Source: Terriglobia bacterium (GTDB lineage: Bacteria; Acidobacteriota; Terriglobia; 20CM-2-55-15). Taken from it: a stretch of DNA of 64,000 nt. The notes below the pieces were generated by a model. The model worked only from the letters and a program-made list of their open reading frames with translations, was not told the origin of the DNA and did no database searches. Position numbers and translations under genes: made by a program. Positions 54,422-64,000 of this stretch are shown one piece after another (the first letter of the stretch is position 1; each line of letters starts with the position of its first letter). Where the stretch lies: positions 651,892-715,891 of the forward strand of contig OZ252023.1 of the NCBI GenBank assembly GCA_965247425.1, read 5' to 3'.

Positions 54422-54537
54422 TTCGAACACCATCCGGACTGCGCGTTATCGAACTTCAGGTGAATATCTGCTTGGTCTTCCCATGATGACTCCCATCCTC
54501 TCAAGTAATGGTGTCTCCGGGAAACCCGGGGCGGTTC
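54422..54537 (-). mobile_element. IS3-family remnant (right-end ~115 bp, diverged copy of 30283-30390)
   Basis: …tcgaacttcaggtgaatatctgcttggtcttcccatgatgactcccatcctctcaagtaatggtgtctccgggaaacccggggcggttc matches the IS3 element's orfA 5' end and TIR. Confidence 0.6.
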
Positions 54538-54594
54538 GCCCATCGGTTTGGCTGTCGGCAACCAAGTTGACAATGCCGTCCTGAGTTGCCATCA

Positions 54595-55032
54595 CTAGTC
54601 GCAGGCGACTTTGTCAAATGAATTTGGATTAGCTCCGCCAAGCAGAGATACTGTCGCTTTGAGACGATTGCCGTCCCTCCTGTATCTTATCTCTTGTGGA
54701 AAATCGTGATCCGGGTTCGTAAAAACAACATTATTCTCGCCAAATTGTACGGCTTGGAATTTTGCCGATGCTTGTCCAGATGGGTGAGCAGTGTAGACCC
54801 ATGTGCCGTCTTCGCTCTGCTCGATGTTCAGAATCTCGTAGAATCCAACTCTGTTGTCACTTATGGACACGCTAAAACCGGCTATCGATCGCTCACTGTC
54901 AACGACCCACACCTCCTGAGCGCTGCCATCGGGGGTCACCCAACAGCCGGCGAGCCAGCCGAATTCACCACTATCTGATTGACCACCTATCCTTAGTGAA
55001 TATATCAGCGCCAATGCTGCAAATCGCTTCAT
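54595..55032 (-). CDS. secreted hypothetical protein (lower-GC segment)
   Basis: Signal peptide MKRFAALALIYSL; beta-rich; no known motif recognised. Confidence 0.45.
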   Translation of the reverse strand: MKRFAALALIYSLRIGGQSDSGEFGWLAGCWVTPDGSAQEVWVVDSERSIAGFSVSISDNRVGFYEILNIEQSEDGTWVYTAHPSGQASAKFQAVQFGENNVVFTNPDHDFPQEIRYRRDGNRLKATVSLLGGANPNSFDKVACD

Positions 55033-55112
55033 CTTTTTGCCCCCTTTCTAAGTAAAAGCAGTACGTTATACTCAAACTGCAGTCGCGATCTTGAACTTTT
55101 CAGCCAATCTAT

Positions 55113-55325
55113 ATGTACAAATCCTTCGAACCAGCGCAGGTATTGTCACCTTTTGTTGAGTGCTACTGGTCCTGGCAGATCAACCCAGATGATTCTGCGC
55201 TCGAGGACATACTCCCCGACGCCGCGCCCGAATTCATTGTGCACTTTGCATCAATACCGTTCATGAGGAACCAATTGGGCAAATGGCAGCAACAATATCG
55301 AGAATTCTTGTACTGTGCGGCTCAT
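55113..55325 (+). pseudogene. 5' part of a hypothetical gene truncated by IS21-family insertion
   Basis: ORF 55113..55370 runs into the IS end (…CAAHC|VFRTIVITDSDLT). Confidence 0.35.
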
Positions 55326-55535
55326 TGCGTATTCCGGACGATCGTGATCACTGATTCCGATTTAACGTGATCACCGATTCCGGGATCATGATCAGCGATT
55401 CCGGGCATCGTGATCACTGATTCCGGGATCATGATCAGTGATTCCGGGCATCGTGATCACCGATTCCGGCGATCATGATCACCCGTCGGTAGCGAAGTTT
55501 AGAACTGTAAGGTTCTTCTTTGAAAAAAGGAGAAC

Positions 55536-57224
55536 TTGATGGGGACAAGACGGCTATCGATGAGACAGATACGCGAGATTCTACGACTCAAATACGAACA
55601 GAAACTCAGCCACCGGGCCATCGCCCTAGCCTGCCGGGTGGGAGTAGGGACGGTTTCGGAGTACGTCCGACGTGCGGCCGGGGCCGGGCTCGAGTGGCCG
55701 CTACCTGAAGAACTGGACGAGGCCGCACTTGAAGCACGGCTGTTTCCGCGCGCTGGATCCGGTTCCCGGGAACGGGTGCCTCCTGATGTCGAGCTGATCC
55801 ACCAGGAGTTGAAGCGTGTTGGAGTCACCCTCCACCTCCTGTGGGAGGAGTACCGGGAAACGAATCCAAAGGGATATGCCTACAGCCAGTTCTGTGAGAT
55901 CTACCGGCGGTGGGCCAAGAAACTCAAACCCTCGATGCGCCAGGTGCACCGTGCCGGAGAGAAGACCTTCATCGACTTTTCCGGCAAACGGCCAGAGCTG
56001 ACGGATCCGCGGACGGGCAAAGCCATTCCAGTCGAGTTGTTCGTGGCCGCGCTGGGCGCCAGCGGTTACACCTACGCCGAAGCGACACCGAGCCAGAAAC
56101 TTCCCGACTGGGTCGGCGTGCATATCCGCATGGTGGAGTTCTTCGGTGGATCGAGCCGCATCTGGGTGCCCGACCAACTCAAGAGTGCGATTACCCTGTC
56201 CTGCCGCTATGAAGCAGGCGTGAACAGGACTTACCAGGATCAGGCTGAACATTACGGCGCCGTTGTTATTGCTGCCCGGCCTCGAAAAGCCAAGGACAAG
56301 GCGAAGATCGAGTCGACCGTCCTGGTTGCGCAGCGCTGGATCCTGGCCAAAATCCGGAATCGCACATTCTTCAGTCTCGCGGACTTGAACGGGGCGATTC
56401 GAAACTTGCTGGTGGAACTAAACCAGCGGCCGATGCAGAAGCTTCACGTGTCCCGCCTGGAACTCTACGAAAGGCTGGATCGACCGGCCCTCCAGCCACT
56501 ACCGACCAACCGGTATGAACAGGCCGAGTGGAAGGGCTGTCGTGTCAATATCGACTACCACGTGACCGTGGATCACCATCCCTACAGCGTGCCCTACCAG
56601 TTGATCGATGAGACCCTGGAAGCGCGTTACACCGCCTCGATTGTCGAGGTCTACCACAAAGGCCGGCGCGTCGCCGCTCATCGCCGGCGTTACGATCACC
56701 AGCCGTCGACTCTGCCTGAACATATGCCCAGTTCCCATCGGGCCCATGCGGAATGGACACCGTCCCGGCTGATTGGTTGGGCCAAGCAGACCGGCCCCCA
56801 GACCGGTCGCCTGGTCGAGCAGATCATGAAACAGTGGCCCCATCCCGAACAGGGGTACCGCGCCTGCCTGGGATTGATGAGTCTGGGACGCCGCCACGGC
56901 GCCCAGCGGCTTGAAGCCGCCAGTGCCCGAGCGCTGCACTTAGAGTCCTATAGCTACCGCACCGTCAAGAACATCCTGTCGTCGGCCCAGGAGCGGTTGC
57001 CTTTCGAGGAGACCGAAACCCCACCCATGCCCCATCACGACAACATTCGTGGCGCCGCCTATTATGCGGACCCAAAGGAGAGTACTCATGCTTATGGAAC
57101 AAACCCTGGAGAAGATGAACCAGATGAAACTATCGGCGATGGTCGAGGCCCTCGAGCAACAACGACGCTCGAATCAGTACACGGATCTCAGCTTCGAGGA
57201 ACGTCTGGGTCTACTAATCGATGA
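55536..57224 (+). CDS. istA: IS21 family transposase IstA (562 aa)
   Basis: HTH N-terminus and DDE core. Its 3' end overlaps istB by ~45 codons because the expected stop is absent. Confidence 0.85.
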   Translation: MMGTRRLSMRQIREILRLKYEQKLSHRAIALACRVGVGTVSEYVRRAAGAGLEWPLPEELDEAALEARLFPRAGSGSRERVPPDVELIHQELKRVGVTLHLLWEEYRETNPKGYAYSQFCEIYRRWAKKLKPSMRQVHRAGEKTFIDFSGKRPELTDPRTGKAIPVELFVAALGASGYTYAEATPSQKLPDWVGVHIRMVEFFGGSSRIWVPDQLKSAITLSCRYEAGVNRTYQDQAEHYGAVVIAARPRKAKDKAKIESTVLVAQRWILAKIRNRTFFSLADLNGAIRNLLVELNQRPMQKLHVSRLELYERLDRPALQPLPTNRYEQAEWKGCRVNIDYHVTVDHHPYSVPYQLIDETLEARYTASIVEVYHKGRRVAAHRRRYDHQPSTLPEHMPSSHRAHAEWTPSRLIGWAKQTGPQTGRLVEQIMKQWPHPEQGYRACLGLMSLGRRHGAQRLEAASARALHLESYSYRTVKNILSSAQERLPFEETETPPMPHHDNIRGAAYYADPKESTHAYGTNPGEDEPDETIGDGRGPRATTTLESVHGSQLRGTSGSTNR

Positions 57225-57849
57225 GGAGTGGACAGCCCGAGAGCACCGCAAGCTCACCCGGCGCCTGCGCGTGGCCAAGCTGCGCTACAGCTCCGCATCG
57301 CTGGAAAACGTCGACTTCAAACATCGTCGCAGCCTGGACCGTTCCCAGGTCCTTGCCCTGGGCTCGTGTGGATGGATCCAGGACCGGCACAATCTAATCA
57401 TTACCGGTCCGACCGGCATCGGGAAAAGTTTTCTGGCTTCGGCTTTCGTCGAACGCGCCTGCCGGCGAGGTCTTAACGCCGCCTATGTCCGCATGCCTCG
57501 GCTTTTGCACCAACTGGCCGTCGGTCGCGGCGACGGCTCCTACACGCGAGTCCTGGCCCGCCTCGCCAAGACCGATCTGCTGGCCATCGACGACTGGCTC
57601 CTGTCCCCGCTGCGGGACTCGGAACGCCGAGACTTGATCGAAGTCGTCGAGGAGCGCAGCGAACGCTCCGCTATCTTGATTGCCAGCCAGCTCCCTGTCT
57701 CCGACTGGCACGGCGTCATCGGCGACCCGAACCAGGCTGACGCGATCTGCGATCGCCTCCTCCACAATGCACATCGCATCGAACTGAAGGGGCGCTCCAT
57801 GAGACGGACCAAAGCCGCGCCGAAAGCCTCTGCCAAGGAACCGACATGA
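57088..57849 (+). CDS. istB: IS21 family helper ATPase IstB
   Basis: MLMEQTLEKMNQMKLSAMVEALEQQ…; Walker A GPTGIGKSFLA; RBS aaggagag. Confidence 0.85.
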   Translation: MLMEQTLEKMNQMKLSAMVEALEQQRRSNQYTDLSFEERLGLLIDEEWTAREHRKLTRRLRVAKLRYSSASLENVDFKHRRSLDRSQVLALGSCGWIQDRHNLIITGPTGIGKSFLASAFVERACRRGLNAAYVRMPRLLHQLAVGRGDGSYTRVLARLAKTDLLAIDDWLLSPLRDSERRDLIEVVEERSERSAILIASQLPVSDWHGVIGDPNQADAICDRLLHNAHRIELKGRSMRRTKAAPKASAKEPT

Positions 57850-58380
57850 AACCGTCCAACCAACAGGTAGTCCCGCTCGGGCCCGCGCCCGATCGTCGCG
57901 GATACGCGATCCTCGCGAAGACTTTTCAGGCATTCGGTCAGGAACGGATGAAGAATGAAAAAGAACCAAGAAAGAACGAAGCAATGGCCTGTGGAAAATG
58001 ACGGCTATGGAAATCCACAAAAAACGTGGATTCCCACAGCCTTGGAAAAGCCTGCGGCTTTCCCACATTTACACACAGGCCCGGCGATGAATATCAAGAT
58101 TATGGAAGCATTCAAAACAAGAATCGTGGACTTCGGGAGGTCTAAACTGAGATCCTAACCCTCACTTCGCTCCGACGGGTGATCACGATGGCCGGAATCA
58201 CTGATCATGTTCCCGGAACTGGTGATCACGATCAGCGGAATACGCATTTGGGGCAGGAAATAGGGAAATGGTGTACCCGTTTGGGGCAAGCCAAACCCCT
58301 CAATCCACGGGCAAACGTGGAAAACTCCGGGGTCGAGTGTAGCTGTTAGGTAAGCCGGACCGGATCGGACCGCCCCATGG

Positions 58381-59445
58381 CTAGCGAGAGAGTAAACGGA
58401 GCTGCCGAGGCGGGACGGACGGCTGAGAGGGCCGAAGCTCTAGGACGCCTGCCGGCGTCGCGTAGTCGAGGCCGGGCCACGCGGCCTTGATCTTCTTCAA
58501 CTCGCGGAGCGCCTTCGTGCGGAAGCTGTTGACGATGTTCTTGTCGGTCGCCTGGGCCGGGTTCACTCCGAACTGCCGGTAGAGCTGGGGCCAGGTCAAC
58601 CGGCGTGGCCGCTCAAGGCCGAACACCCGGTAGTTGAGCCAAACGTACAGGTCAAGGCCAAGCGGACTGCGCGTGAGCGCTTTCAAGATGTTCATGTCCA
58701 GCGGCACCGGATGGCTGATGATCTCGTTGAAGAACTTCTCGCTCAACACAATCTTGCTCTGCCACAGCGTCCGCTCTTCGGGCTTGCGCTCGTTCCACCA
58801 AAACTCCGTCCGATCGGCAATCGCCGCGTTCACCGTCACCCTATCGTGCTTGTCTCTGTAGATCAGCGAGACATGGGCGTTGAACAGCCGGTTCATCTGC
58901 TCCCGGAGCCGGGTTCGAGGTCCGCCGCCCTTGGGAACGCCTACCTTCGCAAGAAAATCAGAAAGCGAGTCGCCCAAAAACAACTCGCGGCTTCGTGTTT
59001 GTGTGGCCTCGGAACACATCCAAACAAACAACAGCCGGGGAATGTTGCCGTAAGGCAGCTTGTTGTGAAGTCCAGCGATCATCCCCAAGGCAACCCTCCC
59101 GTTAACACGGCTAAATTCCTTCGCGTCTCCTGGGTCGGTGCGCGGCAAGCTGCACAGCGCCATCATTCGGTGCAGGAATGCGACATCCGGGACCGCCTCG
59201 CTGGCCCCGACAAGCTGGTCCACTTGATCGAAGCGAGTGAAGTGGTGCCGCGCCTGGGGCGTCAACCCGTCTCGTTTGCGCTGCATGACTTTTCCTCTTA
59301 CACGGTCGTCATTCCAAATCAGGTCCGGCACAGCACCACAAGAGCGTGTTACTATCCGATCCGCGTTTGTGAATTGAACTGCTCTTTTCTTTGCGTAAGT
59401 GTCTGCCTCCCTTCTGCCGCAGATTCTCACGAGAGTCTCTTGCAA
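58381..59445 (-). CDS. RepA-like plasmid replication initiator protein
   Basis: …LPYGNIPRLLFVWMCSEATQTRSRELFLGDSLSDFLAKVGV…YVWLNYRVF… The family assignment is from memory of plasmid and integrative-element initiators. A truncated paralog is at 61478..61702. Confidence 0.5.
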   Translation of the reverse strand: MQETLVRICGRREADTYAKKRAVQFTNADRIVTRSCGAVPDLIWNDDRVRGKVMQRKRDGLTPQARHHFTRFDQVDQLVGASEAVPDVAFLHRMMALCSLPRTDPGDAKEFSRVNGRVALGMIAGLHNKLPYGNIPRLLFVWMCSEATQTRSRELFLGDSLSDFLAKVGVPKGGGPRTRLREQMNRLFNAHVSLIYRDKHDRVTVNAAIADRTEFWWNERKPEERTLWQSKIVLSEKFFNEIISHPVPLDMNILKALTRSPLGLDLYVWLNYRVFGLERPRRLTWPQLYRQFGVNPAQATDKNIVNSFRTKALRELKKIKAAWPGLDYATPAGVLELRPSQPSVPPRQLRLLSR

Positions 59446-59606
59446 TCCTCACCAGCAATCACGCTCTGCGCGGTGAGATTGCGGGGCTGCGGGGGGAGAT
59501 CGCGGAGATTCGGGTCGAGCTTGCGCAACTGCGCGAACGCATGGCGCACCTGGAAGGGTTGCTCGAAGGCTTGCGCGAAGCCATCAGTGGACGGGCCGCG
59601 AGCTAG
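59391..59606 (+). CDS. small leucine-zipper coiled-coil protein (six perfect heptads; 21-bp DNA tandem repeat)
   Basis: LRGEIAG/LRGEIAE/IRVELAQ/LRERMAH/LEGLLEG/LREAISG. Divergent from, and overlapping, the RepA-like gene start. Confidence 0.3.
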   Translation: MRKCLPPFCRRFSRESLAILTSNHALRGEIAGLRGEIAEIRVELAQLRERMAHLEGLLEGLREAISGRAAS

Positions 59607-59623
59607 CGAAGCCGCGACGCTTC

Positions 59624-60583
59624 TTAAGGTTGCCAGTAGACAACTCGTGCGGGATTCGCGGGGTTGGCGATTCCTCTTGTCATCACGAGCTCCTGTGCAA
59701 CTATCCTCAGACTGATGAAGAACGAATCACTGCTTGTGTCATATCGCGCATACCAAGACATCTTTGGTATGCGGTTTGGCGGATTTGGGAAGCCAAGGCC
59801 GGCCTGACGGCGGATTCCACGCAACGCCTTGGCCAAGACCTCACGCGCCGATTCGTTCTGCGCCCCGATTCGCGTGATCCCGCTTCGAAACAACTGTGGT
59901 TCGAGCGAAGCTATCAGCGGACTAATCGTGACGTTACGTCCATATCGGGCGGAAACTTCCTGAGCGATTGCAGAAAGCGTGTCAGGAACGGTGCGTTCGA
60001 TTTCTGCTAGTGATATTCGAACGTCGAGCGGAAGGGAAGTGTCACCGACTACGCCTGTAATTCCCCGAATTCTTGATGCCGTGACACTGAAACCATTCTC
60101 ACCCAAGTCAATCAGTCGGAATTGGCCTTGATTGCCTCTCTGCCTATGATCCTGGATAGCGGCCTCCAACGTCAGCCTAGCGAGGCTCTCCTTATTTTGG
60201 GACACCAAGTCGACCGGAATCTGGAGTCGAAGAAATCCTGCCGCCGGAACGGTAGCGTTTGGATCAATCTGATCTCGGTTTGGCCTCTTCGCCACATTGG
60301 GTGTGTCGATCAGCCGGATGAGATCGCCCGGAAAACTCCACACTGGATCCTCAAACGACACAGGGACCCCAAACTTTCTCTGAATCTGGTCGACAGCTCG
60401 CTGTAGCGGATTGGACTCTCCGTCAACGACGATCGCAACACTAGGCAACTGCGTAGTCCCAGTTCCCGCCGCTGGCGTGGCGTTTGGGCTAGATTGCTGA
60501 CGGACTCCCTGTCGGAGCCCCTGTGGTTGAACTGGACATGCGAACAGAATCCCAAGCGTTACGATATTCAACAGCTTCCACAT
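59624..60583 (-). CDS. secreted hypothetical protein
   Basis: Signal peptide MWKLLNIVTLGILFACPVQPQG; no recognised domain. Confidence 0.5.
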   Translation of the reverse strand: MWKLLNIVTLGILFACPVQPQGLRQGVRQQSSPNATPAAGTGTTQLPSVAIVVDGESNPLQRAVDQIQRKFGVPVSFEDPVWSFPGDLIRLIDTPNVAKRPNRDQIDPNATVPAAGFLRLQIPVDLVSQNKESLARLTLEAAIQDHRQRGNQGQFRLIDLGENGFSVTASRIRGITGVVGDTSLPLDVRISLAEIERTVPDTLSAIAQEVSARYGRNVTISPLIASLEPQLFRSGITRIGAQNESAREVLAKALRGIRRQAGLGFPNPPNRIPKMSWYARYDTSSDSFFISLRIVAQELVMTRGIANPANPARVVYWQP

Positions 60584-60929
60584 TTCCGTTTCTCCATTCT
60601 TGAACTGCCTTCCGCACTCTATGCACCCTCTACGGTGCCGGTGTGACCGTCACCGGGGAGTAGGTGCTTGTCCATGAGCCCTCGGCCGGGTTTCGTGCTT
60701 CGACGAACACATAAACTCCCGGCGCTGTTGCGCTGGAGGTGCAGATGTCGCCGCTCTGGCCACCGGCACCGATGTAGGGCCAACCGTAAATAGGGATGGC
60801 TCCGCCTCCGTTGAACGTGTACTGGATGTCCAGCGTCACGCCTTCCATGAGCGCGTTTGCATAGATTATGTAGCATTGGCCTTGCTGCACGTTGCTGGGC
60901 GCGGCTGAAATTGCCGGGGCGGGTGGCGG

Positions 60930-61047
60930 ACCCACGGAAATGGTTTCGTATATGTCCATCCAGTAACTCGGGGGCTCCCTCACGGGTGAGGTAATCCACC
61001 GCTGCCGCCGCTGATCCGGTCCCGCGAGCCAGAAACTTGATCATCAT
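60930..61047 (-). pseudogene. remnant (first ~35 codons) of a MOB relaxase (Relaxase/Mobilisation nuclease domain)
   Basis: MMIKFLARGTGSAAAAVDYLTREGAPELLDGHI matches the conserved relaxase N-terminus. The frame then degenerates. Confidence 0.5.
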
Positions 61048-61370
61048 CGCTCGCGGTCCCCCTCGACGCCCAGAGCCTCGAACGCACGCTCAATGGCGAC
61101 CAGATGCGCGACCACCTCCAGAGCCTCAGCGTCCGTCTTGTGGGTGTTGGCCCAGCGAGCCATCTGGTTCAGGTTCGACCCGATCCGCGCCAGCTCCCGG
61201 GTCCGCTCTCGCTCAAGCTCGCTGTGCGCCACCGTCCAGGTCCGCACCCGGCCAAGCGACCGGCGCACCAGATCCGACAGCGATAACCCAGCCTCACGCG
61301 CCTTGGCGTGCCACTCGCCCCGCTCCCTATCGCTGGCCCGGACCTTCACCCAGACTTGGCGTCCCGCCAT
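61044..61370 (-). CDS. mobC: MobC family mobilisation protein
   Basis: Signature …RTRELARIGSNLNQMARWANTH… and an RHH-like N-terminus. Confidence 0.75.
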   Translation of the reverse strand: MAGRQVWVKVRASDRERGEWHAKAREAGLSLSDLVRRSLGRVRTWTVAHSELERERTRELARIGSNLNQMARWANTHKTDAEALEVVAHLVAIERAFEALGVEGDRER

Positions 61371-61477
61371 GATGCTTCCTTTCCCTTCCTTCCGGATGGG
61401 GGTCGAAGGGGGCTGCGCCCCCTCGCCAGCCCCTGAAGGGGTTCACGCAGAGCGTGGCCCCAAAGGGTAAGCTGGCT

Positions 61478-61702
61478 TTATTTAGCTTTAGAGTATATAT
61501 GGTTTCGGAGCCGGGTGAGCTCGCCCCGGTTCCCGCCGCTGTCACTGTTGATACCGAGTTTTCGCATGAACTCGGAAAGCGAACGGCCTAGAACCAACTC
61601 GCGGCTTTGCGTCTGTACCGCTTCGGTGCAGATCCACGCGATCAGTAATCGGGGGATGTTCCCGAAGGGGAGCTTGTTGAGTGCCGTCGCGCTCATAACC
61701 AA
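61478..61702 (-). pseudogene. truncated paralog of the RepA-like initiator (74 aa)
   Basis: KLPFGNIPRLLIAWICTEAVQTQSRELVLGRSLSEFMRKLGI… aligns to residues ~140-210 of the 58381..59445 product. Confidence 0.5.
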
Positions 61703-62010
61703 TGTGTAGGGTCCGTTGCGGCGAACATACCGAAACCGGGTGCCGGGGTTGGTGCGGGGCAGGCTGCACAGCGCTGATTCCGAATGCCCCAGGGGGGCGG
61801 CCCGCGTTCGTCGCTCCTGGCCGAACCTGCGGCCAGGCTACGGCCTTTCCCCCCTCCTGTGGTCCTTCCCGATCTGCGGCCAAGTTCGGGGACCAACTGC
61901 CACGTTCCGGGACCCTTGGTTTTCCCACTATAAAAGGGGCTTCTTCCGACTCACTCCGATTCCGGCTCTAAAACGTCTCGATTCTGTGTTTTTCACAGGG
62001 TCCACAGGGA

Positions 62011-62058
62011 CTACTACTTGTTCTTACTCTTCTACTTGCTCTTATTACTTGTATTACG
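62011..62058 (+). repeat. three ~12-bp direct repeats TACTTG(Y)TCTTA (iteron-like) adjacent to the Rep fragment
   Basis: ctactacttgttcttactcttctacttgctcttattacttgtattacgg. Confidence 0.3.
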
Positions 62059-62072
62059 GTGTACCCGTTTGG

Positions 62073-64000
62073 TGCGTATTCCGGACGATCGTGATCACTG
62101 ATTCCGATTTAACGTGATCACCGATTCCGGGATCATGATCAGCGATTCCGGGCATCGTGATCACTGATTCCGGGATCATGATCAGTGATTCCGGGCATCG
62201 TGATCACCGATTCCGGCGATCATGATCACCCGTCGGTAGCGAAGTTTAGAACTGTAAGGTTCTTCTTTGAAAAAAGGAGAACTTGATGGGGACAAGACGG
62301 CTATCGATGAGACAGATACGCGAGATTCTACGACTCAAATACGAACAGAAACTCAGCCACCGGGCCATCGCCCTAGCCTGCCGGGTGGGAGTAGGGACGG
62401 TTTCGGAGTACGTCCGACGTGCGGCCGGGGCCGGGCTCGAGTGGCCGCTACCTGAAGAACTGGACGAGGCCGCACTTGAAGCACGGCTGTTTCCGCGCGC
62501 TGGATCCGGTTCCCGGGAACGGGTGCCTCCTGATGTCGAGCTGATCCACCAGGAGTTGAAGCGTGTTGGAGTCACCCTCCACCTCCTGTGGGAGGAGTAC
62601 CGGGAAACGAATCCAAAGGGATATGCCTACAGCCAGTTCTGTGAGATCTACCGGCGGTGGGCCAAGAAACTCAAACCCTCGATGCGCCAGGTGCACCGTG
62701 CCGGAGAGAAGACCTTCATCGACTTTTCCGGCAAACGGCCAGAGCTGACGGATCCGCGGACGGGCAAAGCCATTCCAGTCGAGTTGTTCGTGGCCGCGCT
62801 GGGCGCCAGCGGTTACACCTACGCCGAAGCGACACCGAGCCAGAAACTTCCCGACTGGGTCGGCGTGCATATCCGCATGGTGGAGTTCTTCGGTGGATCG
62901 AGCCGCATCTGGGTGCCCGACCAACTCAAGAGTGCGATTACCCTGTCCTGCCGCTATGAAGCAGGCGTGAACAGGACTTACCAGGATCAGGCTGAACATT
63001 ACGGCGCCGTTGTTATTGCTGCCCGGCCTCGAAAAGCCAAGGACAAGGCGAAGATCGAGTCGACCGTCCTGGTTGCGCAGCGCTGGATCCTGGCCAAAAT
63101 CCGGAATCGCACATTCTTCAGTCTCGCGGACTTGAACGGGGCGATTCGAAACTTGCTGGTGGAACTAAACCAGCGGCCGATGCAGAAGCTTCACGTGTCC
63201 CGCCTGGAACTCTACGAAAGGCTGGATCGACCGGCCCTCCAGCCACTACCGACCAACCGGTATGAACAGGCCGAGTGGAAGGGCTGTCGTGTCAATATCG
63301 ACTACCACGTGACCGTGGATCACCATCCCTACAGCGTGCCCTACCAGTTGATCGATGAGACCCTGGAAGCGCGTTACACCGCCTCGATTGTCGAGGTCTA
63401 CCACAAAGGCCGGCGCGTCGCCGCTCATCGCCGGCGTTACGATCACCAGCCGTCGACTCTGCCTGAACATATGCCCAGTTCCCATCGGGCCCATGCGGAA
63501 TGGACACCGTCCCGGCTGATTGGTTGGGCCAAGCAGACCGGCCCCCAGACCGGTCGCCTGGTCGAGCAGATCATGAAACAGTGGCCCCATCCCGAACAGG
63601 GGTACCGCGCCTGCCTGGGATTGATGAGTCTGGGACGCCGCCACGGCGCCCAGCGGCTTGAAGCCGCCAGTGCCCGAGCGCTGCACTTAGAGTCCTATAG
63701 CTACCGCACCGTCAAGAACATCCTGTCGTCGGCCCAGGAGCGGTTGCCTTTCGAGGAGACCGAAACCCCACCCATGCCCCATCACGACAACATTCGTGGC
63801 GCCGCCTATTATGCGGACCCAAAGGAGAGTACTCATGCTTATGGAACAAACCCTGGAGAAGATGAACCAGATGAAACTATCGGCGATGGTCGAGGCCCTC
63901 GAGCAACAACGACGCTCGAATCAGTACACGGATCTCAGCTTCGAGGAACGTCTGGGTCTACTAATCGATGAGGAGTGGACAGCCCGAGAGCACCGCAAGC
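62073..64000 (+). mobile_element. IS21-family element type B copy 2 (partial; runs off the window), direct orientation relative to copy 1
   Basis: Identical left end and istA (62283..63971); the istB start is at 63835. Confidence 0.85.
62283..63971 (+). CDS. istA: IS21 family transposase IstA (copy 2)
   Basis: Protein identical to 55536..57224. Confidence 0.85.
   Translation: MMGTRRLSMRQIREILRLKYEQKLSHRAIALACRVGVGTVSEYVRRAAGAGLEWPLPEELDEAALEARLFPRAGSGSRERVPPDVELIHQELKRVGVTLHLLWEEYRETNPKGYAYSQFCEIYRRWAKKLKPSMRQVHRAGEKTFIDFSGKRPELTDPRTGKAIPVELFVAALGASGYTYAEATPSQKLPDWVGVHIRMVEFFGGSSRIWVPDQLKSAITLSCRYEAGVNRTYQDQAEHYGAVVIAARPRKAKDKAKIESTVLVAQRWILAKIRNRTFFSLADLNGAIRNLLVELNQRPMQKLHVSRLELYERLDRPALQPLPTNRYEQAEWKGCRVNIDYHVTVDHHPYSVPYQLIDETLEARYTASIVEVYHKGRRVAAHRRRYDHQPSTLPEHMPSSHRAHAEWTPSRLIGWAKQTGPQTGRLVEQIMKQWPHPEQGYRACLGLMSLGRRHGAQRLEAASARALHLESYSYRTVKNILSSAQERLPFEETETPPMPHHDNIRGAAYYADPKESTHAYGTNPGEDEPDETIGDGRGPRATTTLESVHGSQLRGTSGSTNR

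Larger units (their letters stand above)
55326..58247 (+). mobile_element. IS21-family element type B copy 1 (2922 bp) with seven ~19-bp terminal multi-repeats (TCRTGATCASYGATTCCGGG)
   Basis: Ends TGCGTATTCCGG… / …CCGGAATACGCA; istA/istB inside. Identical to the copy starting at 62073. Confidence 0.85.

Noticed and set aside
55340-55500. Array of ~19-bp direct repeats (also at 62087-62247) resembling a CRISPR-like array
   Set aside because: The repeats are contiguous with no spacers, sit exactly at the IS21-family left end, and are mirrored at the right end. They are the multiple terminal IstA-binding repeats typical of IS21-family elements.
60630-60983. 117-aa alternative-frame ORF overlapping the relaxase remnant
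   Set aside because: It has no start context or recognisable domain. It may be the 3' part of a gene joined by deletion to the relaxase 5' end, but this cannot be supported from sequence alone.

Overview
This is a high-GC window, roughly 60-65%, with a few lower-GC islands at 1-480, about 25.6-30.5 kb and 54.5-55.3 kb. The gene content looks Acidobacteria-like: MacB/ADOP-type FtsX permease fragments, eukaryotic-type Ser/Thr kinase N-terminal fragments, a DUF2207 protein, SelO, and a di-haem cytochrome c peroxidase. It is an extremely IS-dense accessory region. Ordinary chromosomal genes are interspersed: a patatin-like phospholipase, a membrane protein / HTH_34 regulator / ABC-2 exporter operon with a clear operator, a Rieske protein plus di-haem CCP, SelO, two SAM methyltransferases, OmpA, an ECF sigma / anti-sigma pair, an M28 peptidase, an amidohydrolase, a PQQ-type sugar dehydrogenase, a metallophosphoesterase and a pentapeptide-repeat protein. 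The IS content is heavy: two near-identical copies of one IS21-family element, a second and different IS21-family element inserted in an IS6 copy, two identical copies of a third IS21-family element, five IS6-family copies or remnants, one IS3, an IS91-family transposase with an upstream tyrosine recombinase, an rve-type (IS481-like) transposase, a nested self-inserted pair of IS256-family elements, and a MITE. Several insertion events can be reconstructed base by base, with target-site duplications. The last ~6 kb carries a plasmid-derived module: a RepA-like initiator, a leucine-zipper ORF, a MobC, a relaxase remnant, a RepA paralog fragment and iteron-like repeats. This module is bracketed by two direct, identical IS21-family copies, a composite-transposon-like structure, and is the most system-like novelty in the window. 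No CRISPR, reverse transcriptase, rRNA or functional tRNA was seen. Coordinates taken from the ORF track are exact; IS ends and TSDs were read by eye and may be off by a few bp.
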